Below, piece after piece: positions 22,028-31,819 of a stretch of DNA of 36,506 nt. The stretch lies in assembly GCF_001194135.2 (NCBI RefSeq), contig NC_068982.1, forward strand, positions 72,030,964-72,067,469, in the 5' to 3' direction. The translations under genes and the position numbers were made by a program. The stretch is from Octopus bimaculoides (Eukaryota). The notes beneath the pieces are model-generated. The model had not been told where the DNA came from. It worked only from the letters and a program-made list of their open reading frames with translations, and ran no database searches. Each line of letters starts with the position of its first letter. Within the stretch, counting starts at the first letter, position 1.

Positions 22028-22520
22028 ACATGACTGTGTGGTAAGAAGCTTGCTTCCCAACCCCATGGTTCCGGATTCAGTCCCACTGCCTGGGACTTTA
22101 GGCAAGTCTCTTCTACTATAGGCTCGGGCCGACCAAAACCTCGAAAGTGGATTTGGTAAACGGAAACTGAAAGAAGTCCGTCGTGTGTATATGTATGTAT
22201 ATATATATATATATANNNNNNNNNNNNNNNNNNNNNNNNNNNNNNNNNNNNNNNNNNNNNNNNNNNNNNNNNNNNNNNNNNNNNNNNNNNNNNNNNNNNN
22301 NNNNNNNNNNNNNNNNNNNNNNNNNNNNNNNNNNNNNNNNNNNNNNNNNNNNNNNNNNNNNNNNNNNNNNNNNNNNNNNNNNNNNNNNNNNNNNNNNNNN
22401 NNNNNNNNNNNNNCCCCATAACCGCCTGTCAACTGGTGTTGGTGTGTTTACGTCCCTGTAACTTAGCAGGTCAGCAAAGGAGATCCGATAGAATAAGTAC
22501 TAGGTTTTAAAAATAAATCC
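22028..22520 (+). mobile_element. SINE family A interrupted by a gap at its internal microsatellite
   Basis: Head CATGACTGTGTGGTAAGAAGCTTGCTTCCCAACC..GGAAACTGAAAGAAG, (TA)n, gap, then GTGTTTACGTCCCTGTAACTTAGC..GATAGAATAAGTACTAGG. Confidence 0.88.
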
Positions 22521-22654
22521 TTATACACATAAAGGAACAGCGTATCTCAAAGCACACAGAGCTATAAATTATAGCATGTAAATATTGGAAATATATGTAT
22601 GTATATGTATTGGTCTGGAAGAAGGGACAGTGTCTATGAGCTTCTCTGGCTCTC

Positions 22655-22975
22655 TGAAGCCAGTGAGATTAATGTCATTTAATGTTCTTTTAGACGTTTG
22701 TAAGTAAGTAACCGCGGGATGGAGGTGGTCAGGGATGTGGGGGTTGGCAGGGATAGAATACCGGAGCAGGCTGACGTTCTGGGAAGGAAGACTCTGGGCA
22801 TAAGTGGTTAGCGTGAGATCTGGAAGAAGAGATTTGATAAAAGCAAAAGTGATGAAAGAAGAAGAGAGGAGAGACGAACACAAGAGTATGCTTGAGTGGA
22901 GATGACATGAGTGCAATTCCAGGGAGCAGAGGACGTTATTGTAGCAGTTGAAAAGGTAAGTAGAGGAGACAAAAA
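22655..22975 (-). mobile_element. Decayed LINE 3' fragment (CR1/L2/Jockey-group RT C-terminus)
   Basis: Minus strand VSSTYLFNCYNNVLCSLEL (cf. VxSLxLFYRYYxGxCSxEL) and frameshifted YAQS-FLPRTS-LRYSIPA (cf. SFFPRTxxLWNSLP), then LQTSKRTLN. Confidence 0.65.
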
Positions 22976-23428
22976 AATTAGTCAACCCAAGACTACAGTA
23001 GAGAACACTTGTACGAGGTATGTCATGCAATGAGACCGAACCCGGATCTTACGTATTTACAAAAGTGAACTTCTTTATCAATCACAGAGTCATGCTTTGC
23101 TCCATTGTTTATCATATTGTTGTTGTTGCTGTTAATATCGTTAGTGTTGGTATTGATATTATTATAGTTGTTGATGTTGTTGTTAGTTTTTATGTTTGAT
23201 CTATATTACATTATTGATGGTTATAATTCGCTTTTTTTTTCGTTGTTGTTTTTCTTATTTGTTGCAATTGTTATTGTTGTTGTTGTTTTGTTTTATGCGT
23301 TAACTTTTCTTTTACAACCAATCTCTCAGTTGTTTGACAATATATTAACTTACCTTACCAATTTGTGTGATTCAAATATAAAGAAGAAAAAATATATCCA
23401 TTAAACTCATTGAATTAAACATCAAAGA

Positions 23429-23429
<1 letters not shown>

Positions 23430-23467
<38 letters not shown>

Positions 23468-23780
23468 GAGAGAAAGAAAGAGAAACATGGAGAGAGAGAG
23501 AGAGGGAGGAAAAGAGAAATAGAAGGGACGAGGTGGTGGCGGATGGTAAAAAATAACATTTTTTTTCTCTTGCTATCGTTTTTTTTCTGTTTGTTATTTT
23601 TCTTTTCTTTTGCATTTATTGATAATCATTTTTGTTTCTGTTATTTTCTGTTACTATTAGGCACTTAAAAGTAAGAATTGTATAAACACTTGTCAAAAAA
23701 CATGTGTGTACATGTGTATACAGAGGCGAATATATGTATTTAACAACATCTGTGTGTGTATGTGTGTGAGAGAGAGTGGG

Positions 23781-23834
<54 letters not shown>

Positions 23835-23835
23835 A
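23430..23835. repeat. (GA)n and (GACA)n microsatellites
   Basis: Tracts at about 23430-23510 and 23768-23832. Confidence 0.92.
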
Positions 23836-24139
23836 TGAACGTTGTGTTGAAAATCTTAAAATTACATGTTCGTTTCTTAACACCATCAAATAGATTCAGT
23901 TTGTAGTATTGCATTTTGATTAAATACCTAAAAGAAAAATGAACAAATGCGATTAGGTGATCTTAATGCCTTTCCCAAGACCATTATGACAATGAGCGAT
24001 AACTCGCCATTTAGAGGTCATGAAATGGCATAAAATTATGAGTGTCGCATCTTCCGATTTCCATTCTTCTGTTGTAGCAACTAGAACTAACTTCCATCTT
24101 ATTTGTAGAGATCATCACCTTCGTCAAGCTGTGGGCATT

Positions 24140-24374
24140 ACTGTCTCAAGTCCTTGGGCTCCTGGAGCCGCTTACCCGATTTTGCATGGCGTATTATCGA
24201 TCGAGATTACATTTACCCTTGAGCCAAACGCCAGTCCGTTGCAAGGTTTATTCGTTTACAGCTGAAATGAAGTGTTTTGCTCAAGAACCCAACGCACCAC
24301 CCAATCAAGGAATCGAAACCATACTCTTACGATCGTGTGTGGAACACCCTAACTACTAGGCCACGCGCCTTCAC
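24140..24374 (-). mobile_element. tRNA-derived SINE family E (tail related to family D)
   Basis: Minus-strand head GTGAAGGCGCGTGGCCTAGTAGTTAGGG..GTTTCGATTCC..CTTGAGCAAAACAC; tail CCTTGCAACGGACTGGCG..TACGCCA..CGGGTAAGCGGCTCC..GAGCCC. Confidence 0.75.
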
Positions 24375-24452
24375 CAATTTATCGAGATCACTGGTTATCA
24401 AAATATAATGTCAAATGATTCTATCTAAATTTCATCCAAGAAAACGAATAAA

Positions 24453-24655
24453 TTTAGATTTCGGCACAAGGACCAGCAATTTTGTAGGTGGTTAGGGTGA
24501 GGGTGGGGAGTAGTCGATATCATCAACCCCAGTTCTTGACTACTACTTTATTTTATCAACCCCGGAGAGATGAAAAGCAAAGTGGACCCCGGTGGGATTT
24601 GAACTCAGAATGTAAAGATCTGCAAGAAATACGGCAAAATATTATTTTCGATGCT
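24453..24655 (-). mobile_element. SINE family B, diverged copy
   Basis: GGCACAAGGACCAGCAATTTT..AGTCGAT..TTTTATCAACCCCGG..GATTTGAACTCAGAATGTAAAG read on the plus strand. Confidence 0.78.
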
Positions 24656-24832
24656 CTCGACGATGTTGTTGCGCTGAGGAGACAAATGATAGCTGTCACT
24701 GGGTGTCACAACTCACCGAGTCGAAGAAGCACGAGTAGGATCTCAAAAGAAGTTACCCCCAAGTGGTGCCCATCACTATCCCACGCACCCGTTTACTCCC
24801 ACCGGGTGATTTGAAGTTAGCACTGCAAGCTA

Positions 24833-25070
24833 TTGGGTTGATGCATAATTATTGCGGCTTTTGTTCAACAAAAACAATAACAACATGTAACAAAATCATC
24901 TCTAAATGATTATTCCGGAGCATATTCACCATCTACTTCAATTACAGCTTCTCATTTGCTTGGCAGACGGTCAGACCGTCATCTAAAGATGTTTTAGTTA
25001 AACATCGTTATTGTTTTTGTTGAAGAAAATTTGTTGAAGAAAAAGCCGCAAAAATTATGCACCAACCCAA
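24833..25070 (-). mobile_element. Mariner-derived MITE (Hsmar1/cecropia-like TIRs) with TA TSD
   Basis: TA|TTGGGTTGATGCATAATTATTGCGGCTTTT..AAAAGCCGCAAAAATTATGCACCAACCCAA|TA; the interior keeps the transposase end DRLPSK*EAVIEVDGEYAPE* on the minus strand. Confidence 0.92.
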
Positions 25071-25163
25071 TAATATTTGAGTAACTGGAAATCATAACTT
25101 CGAGGAAACTAGTGATGATTTTCATCGATGAAAATTAATCAATAGGGGAGAGAGAGATCGATA

Positions 25164-25453
25164 CCTTTTACCCTTGTTTCAGTAATTAGACTGTGGTCAT
25201 GCTGGAGCATCTCCTTGAAGGGTTTTAGTCGAACAAATCGACCCCCAGGGCATAGTTTTAAGTTTGGTGCTTATTCTATCAGAGTCTGTCTTTTTGTCCA
25301 CACAGTTTCTGTCCACCATGTCCATTCATAAAGAATTGGTCAGCCTGGAGCTGTTGCAGAAGACACTTGCAAAAGATGCCGCACCGTGGGACTGAACCCG
25401 AAACCATGTGGTTGGGAAGCAAACTTGTTAACCACACAACCATACCGGCGTCT
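25164..25453 (-). mobile_element. SINE family A, diverged copy
   Basis: Reverse complement of the family A tail (CTTGTTTCAGT..ATGCTGGAGCA) and head (GGACTGAACCC..ACCATGTGGTTGGGAAGC..ACCACACAACCAT). Confidence 0.85.
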
Positions 25454-26230
25454 AGCAGACTTTAATAAATTCACTTATCGTGAGGGGAAATGATCTAACG
25501 TTTCGTCCCCTTGCTCTTTGCTTATTGATTGAGAGTAAATAAGGAAGAGAAAATAATGTTTTCTCTATCACTCACTCGCTCTCCCTCTGATGAAGTTAAG
25601 AAATCCGAAACGTAATATTTCCCACTCCTTACAGCGATTAAACTTATCCCTCTCTCTAGATGAAGCTCTCGTTAACTCTGCAGTGCTCCTACTGCTCAAA
25701 ACCCAGAACTGCTTCTACTCTGCAATACTTAAAGTTTATATGAACTATTTAGAGTTTAGACCACGGATTGATTTACTGTGTGTTTACCGGAAACAGAATA
25801 CGAACCACGATTCGTCAGGCATCCTGTTGACACTCAATGTTACTTAACTACTTAATTGATCCACTGAAAGGTGTAACTACTCGATAGCATCAAGCAAGTG
25901 TAATTATCCTGAGATAGGTAAGCCTAATCGATATGTGTAATAAACTGATACTACGATGAGTGTTTTTATACTCGTACTACAGCAGCAACAGTATCAATCT
26001 AATCAATAATATGATAAGTAAGACTGATCGATAATGTGGTGTGTTATTCTACCTGAAAGATATTTTCTCTGATCGAACTAAAAGGGATGCTGTGAGAGGT
26101 ACATGGGTTTCGTTTTGTACAGACATAACCAATCGATGACAGAAGTGATTAATCGATAATTGATGGACGTGAGTATTTAGTCAGATTTGCTTCACGGTAC
26201 ATTATCTCGGCTATGAAGGAAAACTTACCT

Positions 26231-26420
26231 GGGTGGTGGTGGCGGTGGTAGTGGCAATGGTGGCGATGATGATGGTGGTGGTGGTGGTGGTGGTGGCAGT
26301 GGTGGCAGTGGTGGTGGTGGTAGTGGTGGTGGTGGTGGTGATGGCGATAGTAGTGGTAGTAGTGGTGATAGCTACGGTGGTGGTAGTGGTGGTGACGGTG
26401 GTAGTGGTGTGGGTGGTATC
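26231..26420. repeat. (GGT/GTA/GCA/GAT)n trinucleotide mosaic
   Basis: Read directly; source of the spurious poly-T and poly-V ORFs. Confidence 0.95.
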
Positions 26421-26596
26421 GAGTATCAACAACCCTGCGTAGTCACAACGTTTTGTTGGCTACATGTGTCACTTCCTCACCTGAATAGACTGTGAGGCAA
26501 ACGAACTCTAATGCTAACCCTAACTCAACACCATCCCCTAAACTAGGTTAAAACAGCACGAGGCGATTTTACTTAAATGCGGCCCCGAGTGGACAT

Positions 26597-26979
26597 TTCT
26601 TTCTTTTACTTCTTTCAGTCGTCAGACTGCGACCATGCTGGGGCACCTCCTTAAAGAATTTTTTGTAGAACAGATTAACACCAAGACTTTTCTGTTTTGT
26701 TTTTTAAAGTCTGGTACTTATTCTATCGTACTCTATTGCCGAACCGCTAAGTTACGGGGACGCAAACACACCAACACCGGTTGTCAAGTGGTGGGGGGGA
26801 CAAGTACAGAAACACACACACACACATACATACATACATATACGATGGGCTTCTTCCAGTCTTCTTTCAGTTTCCGTCAACTTTGGTCGGCCTGAGACTA
26901 TAGTAGAAGATACTTGCCCAAGGTGTCACGCAGTGTGACTGAACCCAGAGCTATGTGGTTGGGAAGCAAGCTTCAACAC
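26597..26979 (-). mobile_element. SINE family A, near full length
   Basis: Reverse-complement tail CTTTTACTTCTTTCAGTC..CATGCTGGGGCACC, core, CA/TACA tract and head to GGGAAGCAAGCTT. Confidence 0.88.
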
Positions 26980-26982
26980 TTC

Positions 26983-28010
26983 CAGTTAAATGGGGTTTTA
27001 GTTACACCAAGTGACTAGTTAGATAACTAGATCAGAATACCTAGGTATCAGTTTGGTTAAATGAAGCTCAGCACCCCCGAATGAATAGTTAAATGGGTTC
27101 TTGTCAGACCAACGATCAGTTAAATATGTAGGTCAAAATACTGAGGAATCGATTTGCTAAAATAGGTCCAACATCCCTGGATTGGCGCATAAATTCAACA
27201 CGGCCAGTTAGATAAATAAGCCAGTATACCAAAGAGTACAGGAGGCGCAATGGCCCAGTGGTTAGGGCAGCGGACTCGCGGTCATAGGATCGCGGTTTCG
27301 ATTCCCAGACCGGGCGTAGTGAGTGTTTATTGAGCGAAAACACCTAAAGCTCCACGAGGCTCCTACTGTACTCTTTCACCACAACTTTCTCTCACTCTTA
27401 CTTCCTATTTCTGTTGTGCCTGTAATTCAAAGGGTCAGCCTTGTCACACTGTGTCACGCTGAATATCCCCGAGAACTACGAAGGGTACACGTGTCTGTGG
27501 AGTGCTCAGCCACTTGCACGTTAATTTCACGAGCAGGCTGTTCCGTTGATCGGATCAACTGGAACCCTCGACGTCGTAAGCGACGGAGTGCCAACATACC
27601 AAAGAGTCATTTTGTTCAAATGGGCCCACCACCACTGAATGGACACTTAGATACATTAATTCAAATCAACCAGCTAGATAGAGAGCATACCAAATGATCA
27701 GCTAGAGAAATAAGTAAAAAAGAAAAAAAAAAAAAAGAAAGCAAGGGATATTTTTGCTTAAATGTAGCCCACCTTCAGTTGGACAGTTAAATTATAAGTT
27801 CTAGTAAGTTCGAACGACCAGTTTAATAACTAGGTCAAATTTCAAGAGGTTATTTTGCTTTAATGCCCCCATCCTACCCATTGTACAATTAGATATATTA
27901 ATTTAACACGGTCAGATGTATAAATGGGTTTAGTTGGACAAAATGATCATCAGTTAGATAAATAGGTCAACCTATGGTCAGCCCAATAAATAGGTCACGG
28001 AATATTCAAT
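26983..28010. repeat. Cryptic, highly degenerate minisatellite (CAGTTAGATAAATAGGTCAA-like motif) interrupted by a SINE
   Basis: Variants CAGTTAAATGGG, CAGTTAAATATGTAGGTCAA, CAGTTAGATAAATAAG, CAGTTTAATAACTAGGTCAA and CAGTTAGATAAATAGGTCAA recur on both sides of the SINE. Confidence 0.55.
27238..27595 (+). mobile_element. SINE family C, near full length, with 12-bp TSD
   Basis: A-box TGGCCCAGTGG, B-box-like GGTTTCGATTCC, tail ..GAACCCTCGACGTCGTAAGCGACGGAGTGCCAAC; ATACCAAAGAGT at 27226-27237 and 27596-27607. Confidence 0.94.
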
Positions 28011-28580
28011 AGAACACTTCAAACAATAAAACAATGTTATTGATTTAGCCTAATCACATGACTAACTTGTTTTGTTGTTGTTTCGTAAATGAGAGAAAGT
28101 TTTTAATGTACTTTTTATCATCTGTGTTGCTAATTCCCTTTGAAATAGCATGACCTCTTTTATCCATCGCATAATATACGAAGCTTTCCTCCTCCTCTCC
28201 CCCATCATCATCATCATAGTCAAAAGAAATCAGTATTTTGGTTTTTAAATTTCATGGCCACCTACGTTGAGCAAAAGATAAATTTCCATCAATTCATTTC
28301 CGTTTCTTGCACTCTAAAAGCTCCTCAACGCCCCTAAACACCACAACTATGCGGTTCTCTTTCCTCCCACCTTTAATATATAAGCATTTTTGAGGTCAAT
28401 CAGAATCAAATAAAAAATCTCATCAAAATCAAGCAAATAGCAGCGCCATTTGGTCACAGCCTTTCGGCGAGAGCGCATATAAGAATAAACAAATCAAATA
28501 AACAAACAATCAAATATTTTCTCCTTGTGTATGGCTCACGGGCAACCTTCGATTCTTTCTCCTTCCATGGTTGTTTTCTT

Positions 28581-28928
28581 TTTACCTAATATTTTACCCG
28601 CTATTATTTATAGTTTTATCTACTTCGAGTTCCACGACTTAAAATATAACGATTTAGCTTCATGCTTCTCAAAATTTCTAAATATTTATGAGATAAACAA
28701 CATACAATTTTCACTGGTGAAAATAAAGCTTCTAAAATGGACGACAAACTTTTGAAGAGCTGCTTTGCTACAGTGATAGAACGTCTGTTACGTTTATCAG
28801 AAGATGTAGGTTCTAGACCCATGAGCAGTCTTGGGTTTTTTCCGTCCTATAAACTTTTCAACCAAATATTCTACCTGCTATTATTTATAGCTTTATCTAC
28901 TTCGAGACCCACCGTTAAAAACGATTTA
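28581..28928. repeat. Imperfect direct repeat of about 75 bp, 277 bp apart
   Basis: 28581-28656 versus 28855-28928 (AATATT.TACC.GCTATTATTTATAG.TTTATCTACTTCGAG..AACGATTTA). Confidence 0.85.
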
Positions 28929-29040
28929 TTTTCTCCTTGTTTCAAAATCCTTGTGCCAAACACTCAGATATATTAATTTGGCTCTGATAAAGTGAATCCA
29001 AATTCCATTTTCAATTCGTCGTCATAGAGAAATATTCTTT

Positions 29041-29464
29041 TCTACTCTGGGCACAAGGCCTGAAATTTTGGGGGAGGGGACAGTCGATTAGATCGACCCA
29101 GTATGCAACTGGTACTTAATTTATCTACCCCGAAAGAATGAAAGGCAAAGTCGACCTCGGCAGAATTTGAACTCAGAAGGTAAAGACAGACGAAATACTG
29201 TTAAGCATTTCGCCCGGCGTGCTAACGTTTCTTGTTTCTTTATTGCCCACAAGGGGCTAAACATAGAGGGGACAAACAAGGACAGACAAACGGATTAAGT
29301 CGATTAGATCGACCCAGTGCGTAACTGGTACTTAATTTATCGACTCCGAAAGGGTGAAAGGCAAAGTCGACCTCGGCGGAATTTGAACTCAGAACGTAAT
29401 GGCAGACGAAATACTGCTAAGCATTTTGCCCGGCGTGCTAACGTTTCTGCCAGCTCGTCGCCTT
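29041..29464 (-). mobile_element. SINE family B dimer flanked by a 21-bp duplication
   Basis: Same B1+B2 junction as 1935-2366; CGTCATAGAGAAATATTCTTT at 29020-29040 and 29465-29485. Confidence 0.93.
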
Positions 29465-29720
29465 CGTCATAGAGAAATATTCTTTCCCTATTATCGCACA
29501 TACTCTTGACAATGACACTTTTTTCTTCCTTTTCTTTTTTCTGCTCTTTGTTATCTCTTCCGTCTCTTCTATCCTGCCTTTTCTTTTCTCCTGTCCTGCT
29601 TTATTTGCTTACACCATATCTGACCAGTGGCTAAACAACAACAACAACAACAATAACAGTACCTAATATACAAACAGCTGCACAATCATTGCATCACAAA
29701 AGTGTTTTTTTGTTTTCGCT

Positions 29721-29894
29721 ATGTTTTTTTCTATGACTTCATCTGCCTCCACAAACGCCTCAAAATATGCAAAAATATCGTAAATATTGTAATTTATCGA
29801 ATCGAGAAAATTTTTCATGCAGACGTGAAATTACAGTACATCCCCGTCCCTCCTTGTGGAGGCAGAAGATGAAGTCACAGAAAAAAAAAAACAT
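29721..29894. repeat. Imperfect inverted repeat (about 34-bp arms, 100-nt spacer), possible MITE
   Basis: ATGTTTTTTTCTATGACTTCATCTGCCTCCACAA (29721-29754) versus TTGTGGAGGCAGAAGATGAAGTCACAGAAAAAAAAAAACAT (29854-29894). Confidence 0.8.
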
Positions 29895-30060
29895 GCTGAA
29901 GTCGTATTTTAGAGTAATTTCAATACAGTCATTTAAAAGCTGTTCGAAGAAGATGCAATAAAAACAGTATTTTATAGAGAATAAAAAGCTTAGAATGGTA
30001 CAACATTGCACTATAGAACAAAAAATGGACTATATACCTGTTGTAATTTGGTTATCTATA

Positions 30061-30100
30061 GTCCGATAATATTTCGGAATTACAATTCCTTCTTCAGATC
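30061..30100 (-). ncRNA. Hammerhead-like core with perfect stem II (stem I decayed)
   Basis: Minus strand CTGAAGA-A-GGAATT-GT-AATTCC-GAAA-T-ATT-ATC^GGAC. Confidence 0.5.
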
Positions 30101-31198
30101 TTCTTAGCTGGAGTCTCTAGCCAATAAAGAGTAAAGGCATTTTTTCCCACTTTTTCCATTTTCCGATGCATTTGTGGAAACAGAAGATATTGTCGCAAAG
30201 TTCTAAGATTTTACATCAATTATTCTGATGTCCATTCACAACTTTTCCCCAGTAGCCCCATCACGAAATTGAAAATCTTGAAAAAACGCTCCACCCTTAT
30301 GAACTGGGTATTAACGAGCCTCAGACAAACCAATACACCTCAGCTTCTACCTTCATTCGGTGACCGCAAGCCATCCCAAGCACAAATTGGCACGGGGTCC
30401 CTAGACCCGTAGGGTTACTATGCAACTGCCCAGTGTGCCCGTGCGCATTTATGTACTTATTTATATATTGATCTAATACTTTAATTTGAGAAGATGGAGA
30501 GTTACAGCTGGCCGCTTTGATGCGGTGCTGGACGTCCACCCGAAACGTTGATGATTAGTATAATGATGTCATCAGTAATGTGTACTGAATCAAAGATATT
30601 TAACACTCAGATAGTACGGCTCGGTCCACTTTGTGTTAATAGGCACCGTAGGTAAGTATAACTCATTTCTGAAAGCAGTAACACTGGTGTAAAATTGATA
30701 GTTACGTACCTTGTAGTAATGAGTTCAATCCCTACGTGAATATAGCTTGATAAAGAGATGGATATCGTGCCATTAGATTGGATTTAGATACTCTGCATAT
30801 AGACAGTGTTCATAGTTATTTGTGATTAAAAAAGGAAAAAGTAACAGCCGTAGTGATTGATATCTTAAGGTATAGGGATACCAGGGAGTTACCAGGGGAC
30901 CTTACTGGTCTAGTGGCTCGCTGTCATTAAATGTAGGAACTCTAAAGCATTCCTTTGCCCGGAGCCTTATAATGCCCTGTTGATGGCGCAAATGAAATCC
31001 AGCTTTGCGTTGTAATGTGCACACTAATGTTTGTGTGGGGTGGTGATGTTTTTTATTGGTTAGCCATAGGAAAGAAGGAAGAAGGAATAAAGAAAGGCTG
31101 GGTGGAAGGGCGGGCAGACGGACTAACGGACAGAGTGTTAACCACAGATCAGCTGCGGTCAAAGAAAGAAAGAAAAAAGAAAGAAAGAAAGAGATAGG

Positions 31199-31400
31199 TG
31201 TTGTCATTTCATTGCAGATTGGCTCTGATCAAGCAAACTTATGATCAAAGAGTATTCCTGCCGTGACTAACCTATATCTTTTTTCAAATGCAGTGTAATT
31301 ATCTACGATCACATTGAAAGCAGATACAGTTAAGATTTGATAGAAATTTGGCTGCTATTTCTAGCTTGTCGGAAGACCATAAAGAAGTTCCCTTGTTAGT
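31199..31400 (-). mobile_element. Family F dispersed repeat, diverged copy
   Basis: CTGATCAAGCAAACTTATGATCAAAGA..GATTTGATAGAAATTTGGCTGCTATTTCTAGC. Confidence 0.7.
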
Positions 31401-31819
31401 TGATGGTCATGTCAGGAGCTCATCGGAGATTGCACGGCTTTGTGGACATCACAACTTCGTTTTATTGCTATTCTTCTCTTGAAGTAAACCTGACTAATTC
31501 CTCGCTGATAAGTAACTATTCAAAGTCAAATAGTTGATCAATAACCGATACTTTATATTGATACACCGAGCTTGTCACGTGTTTATAAGGAGAAGGTGTA
31601 GAAGGCAATTAAATTTCTATGACTTTCATATGTCTCCCAATTAGCGATGTTTCAATTACATCGTTAATGCCTTTCAAAAAGAACCATTAGCTACGCAACG
31701 ATGTATATCAAACGATATAAATTGAATGAATTTAGTAAATCTCGGAGTTGAAACCGGGCCGCAGCCACAACACACTGGATTTTTATTTATCATCAATGAC
31801 ACTCTTTAGAAACTAAAAT

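Larger units (their letters stand above)
3571..22413. other. Eleven assembly gaps (N-runs) scattered through this interval
   Basis: N at 3571-4062, 5840-6258, 8337-8639, 9520-10133, 12373-12930, 13411-13989, 15721-15966, 17265-17651, 19703-20219, 20876-21489 and 22216-22413; most abut microsatellites. Confidence 0.98.

Noticed and set aside
22569-23030. 153-aa minus-strand ORF with a good acceptor-like TCTCTTCTTCCAG
   Set aside because: It carries frameshifted LINE C-terminal motifs (FLPRTS, LRYSIP), so it is better explained as a decayed retroelement than as a host exon.
25587-25611. CTGATGA..CCGAAACG hammerhead-like core
   Set aside because: No pairing stem II, no NUH site and no stem I partner; at most a very decayed Penelope-type terminal motif.
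30518-30550. TTGATGC-GGTG..CACC-CGAAACG
   Set aside because: Two core positions are wrong and there is no stem I or III.
30902-31207. 101-aa minus-strand ORF in partly unique sequence
   Set aside because: Its N-terminus is simple repeat, it has no recognisable motif, and there is no convincing acceptor/donor pair.
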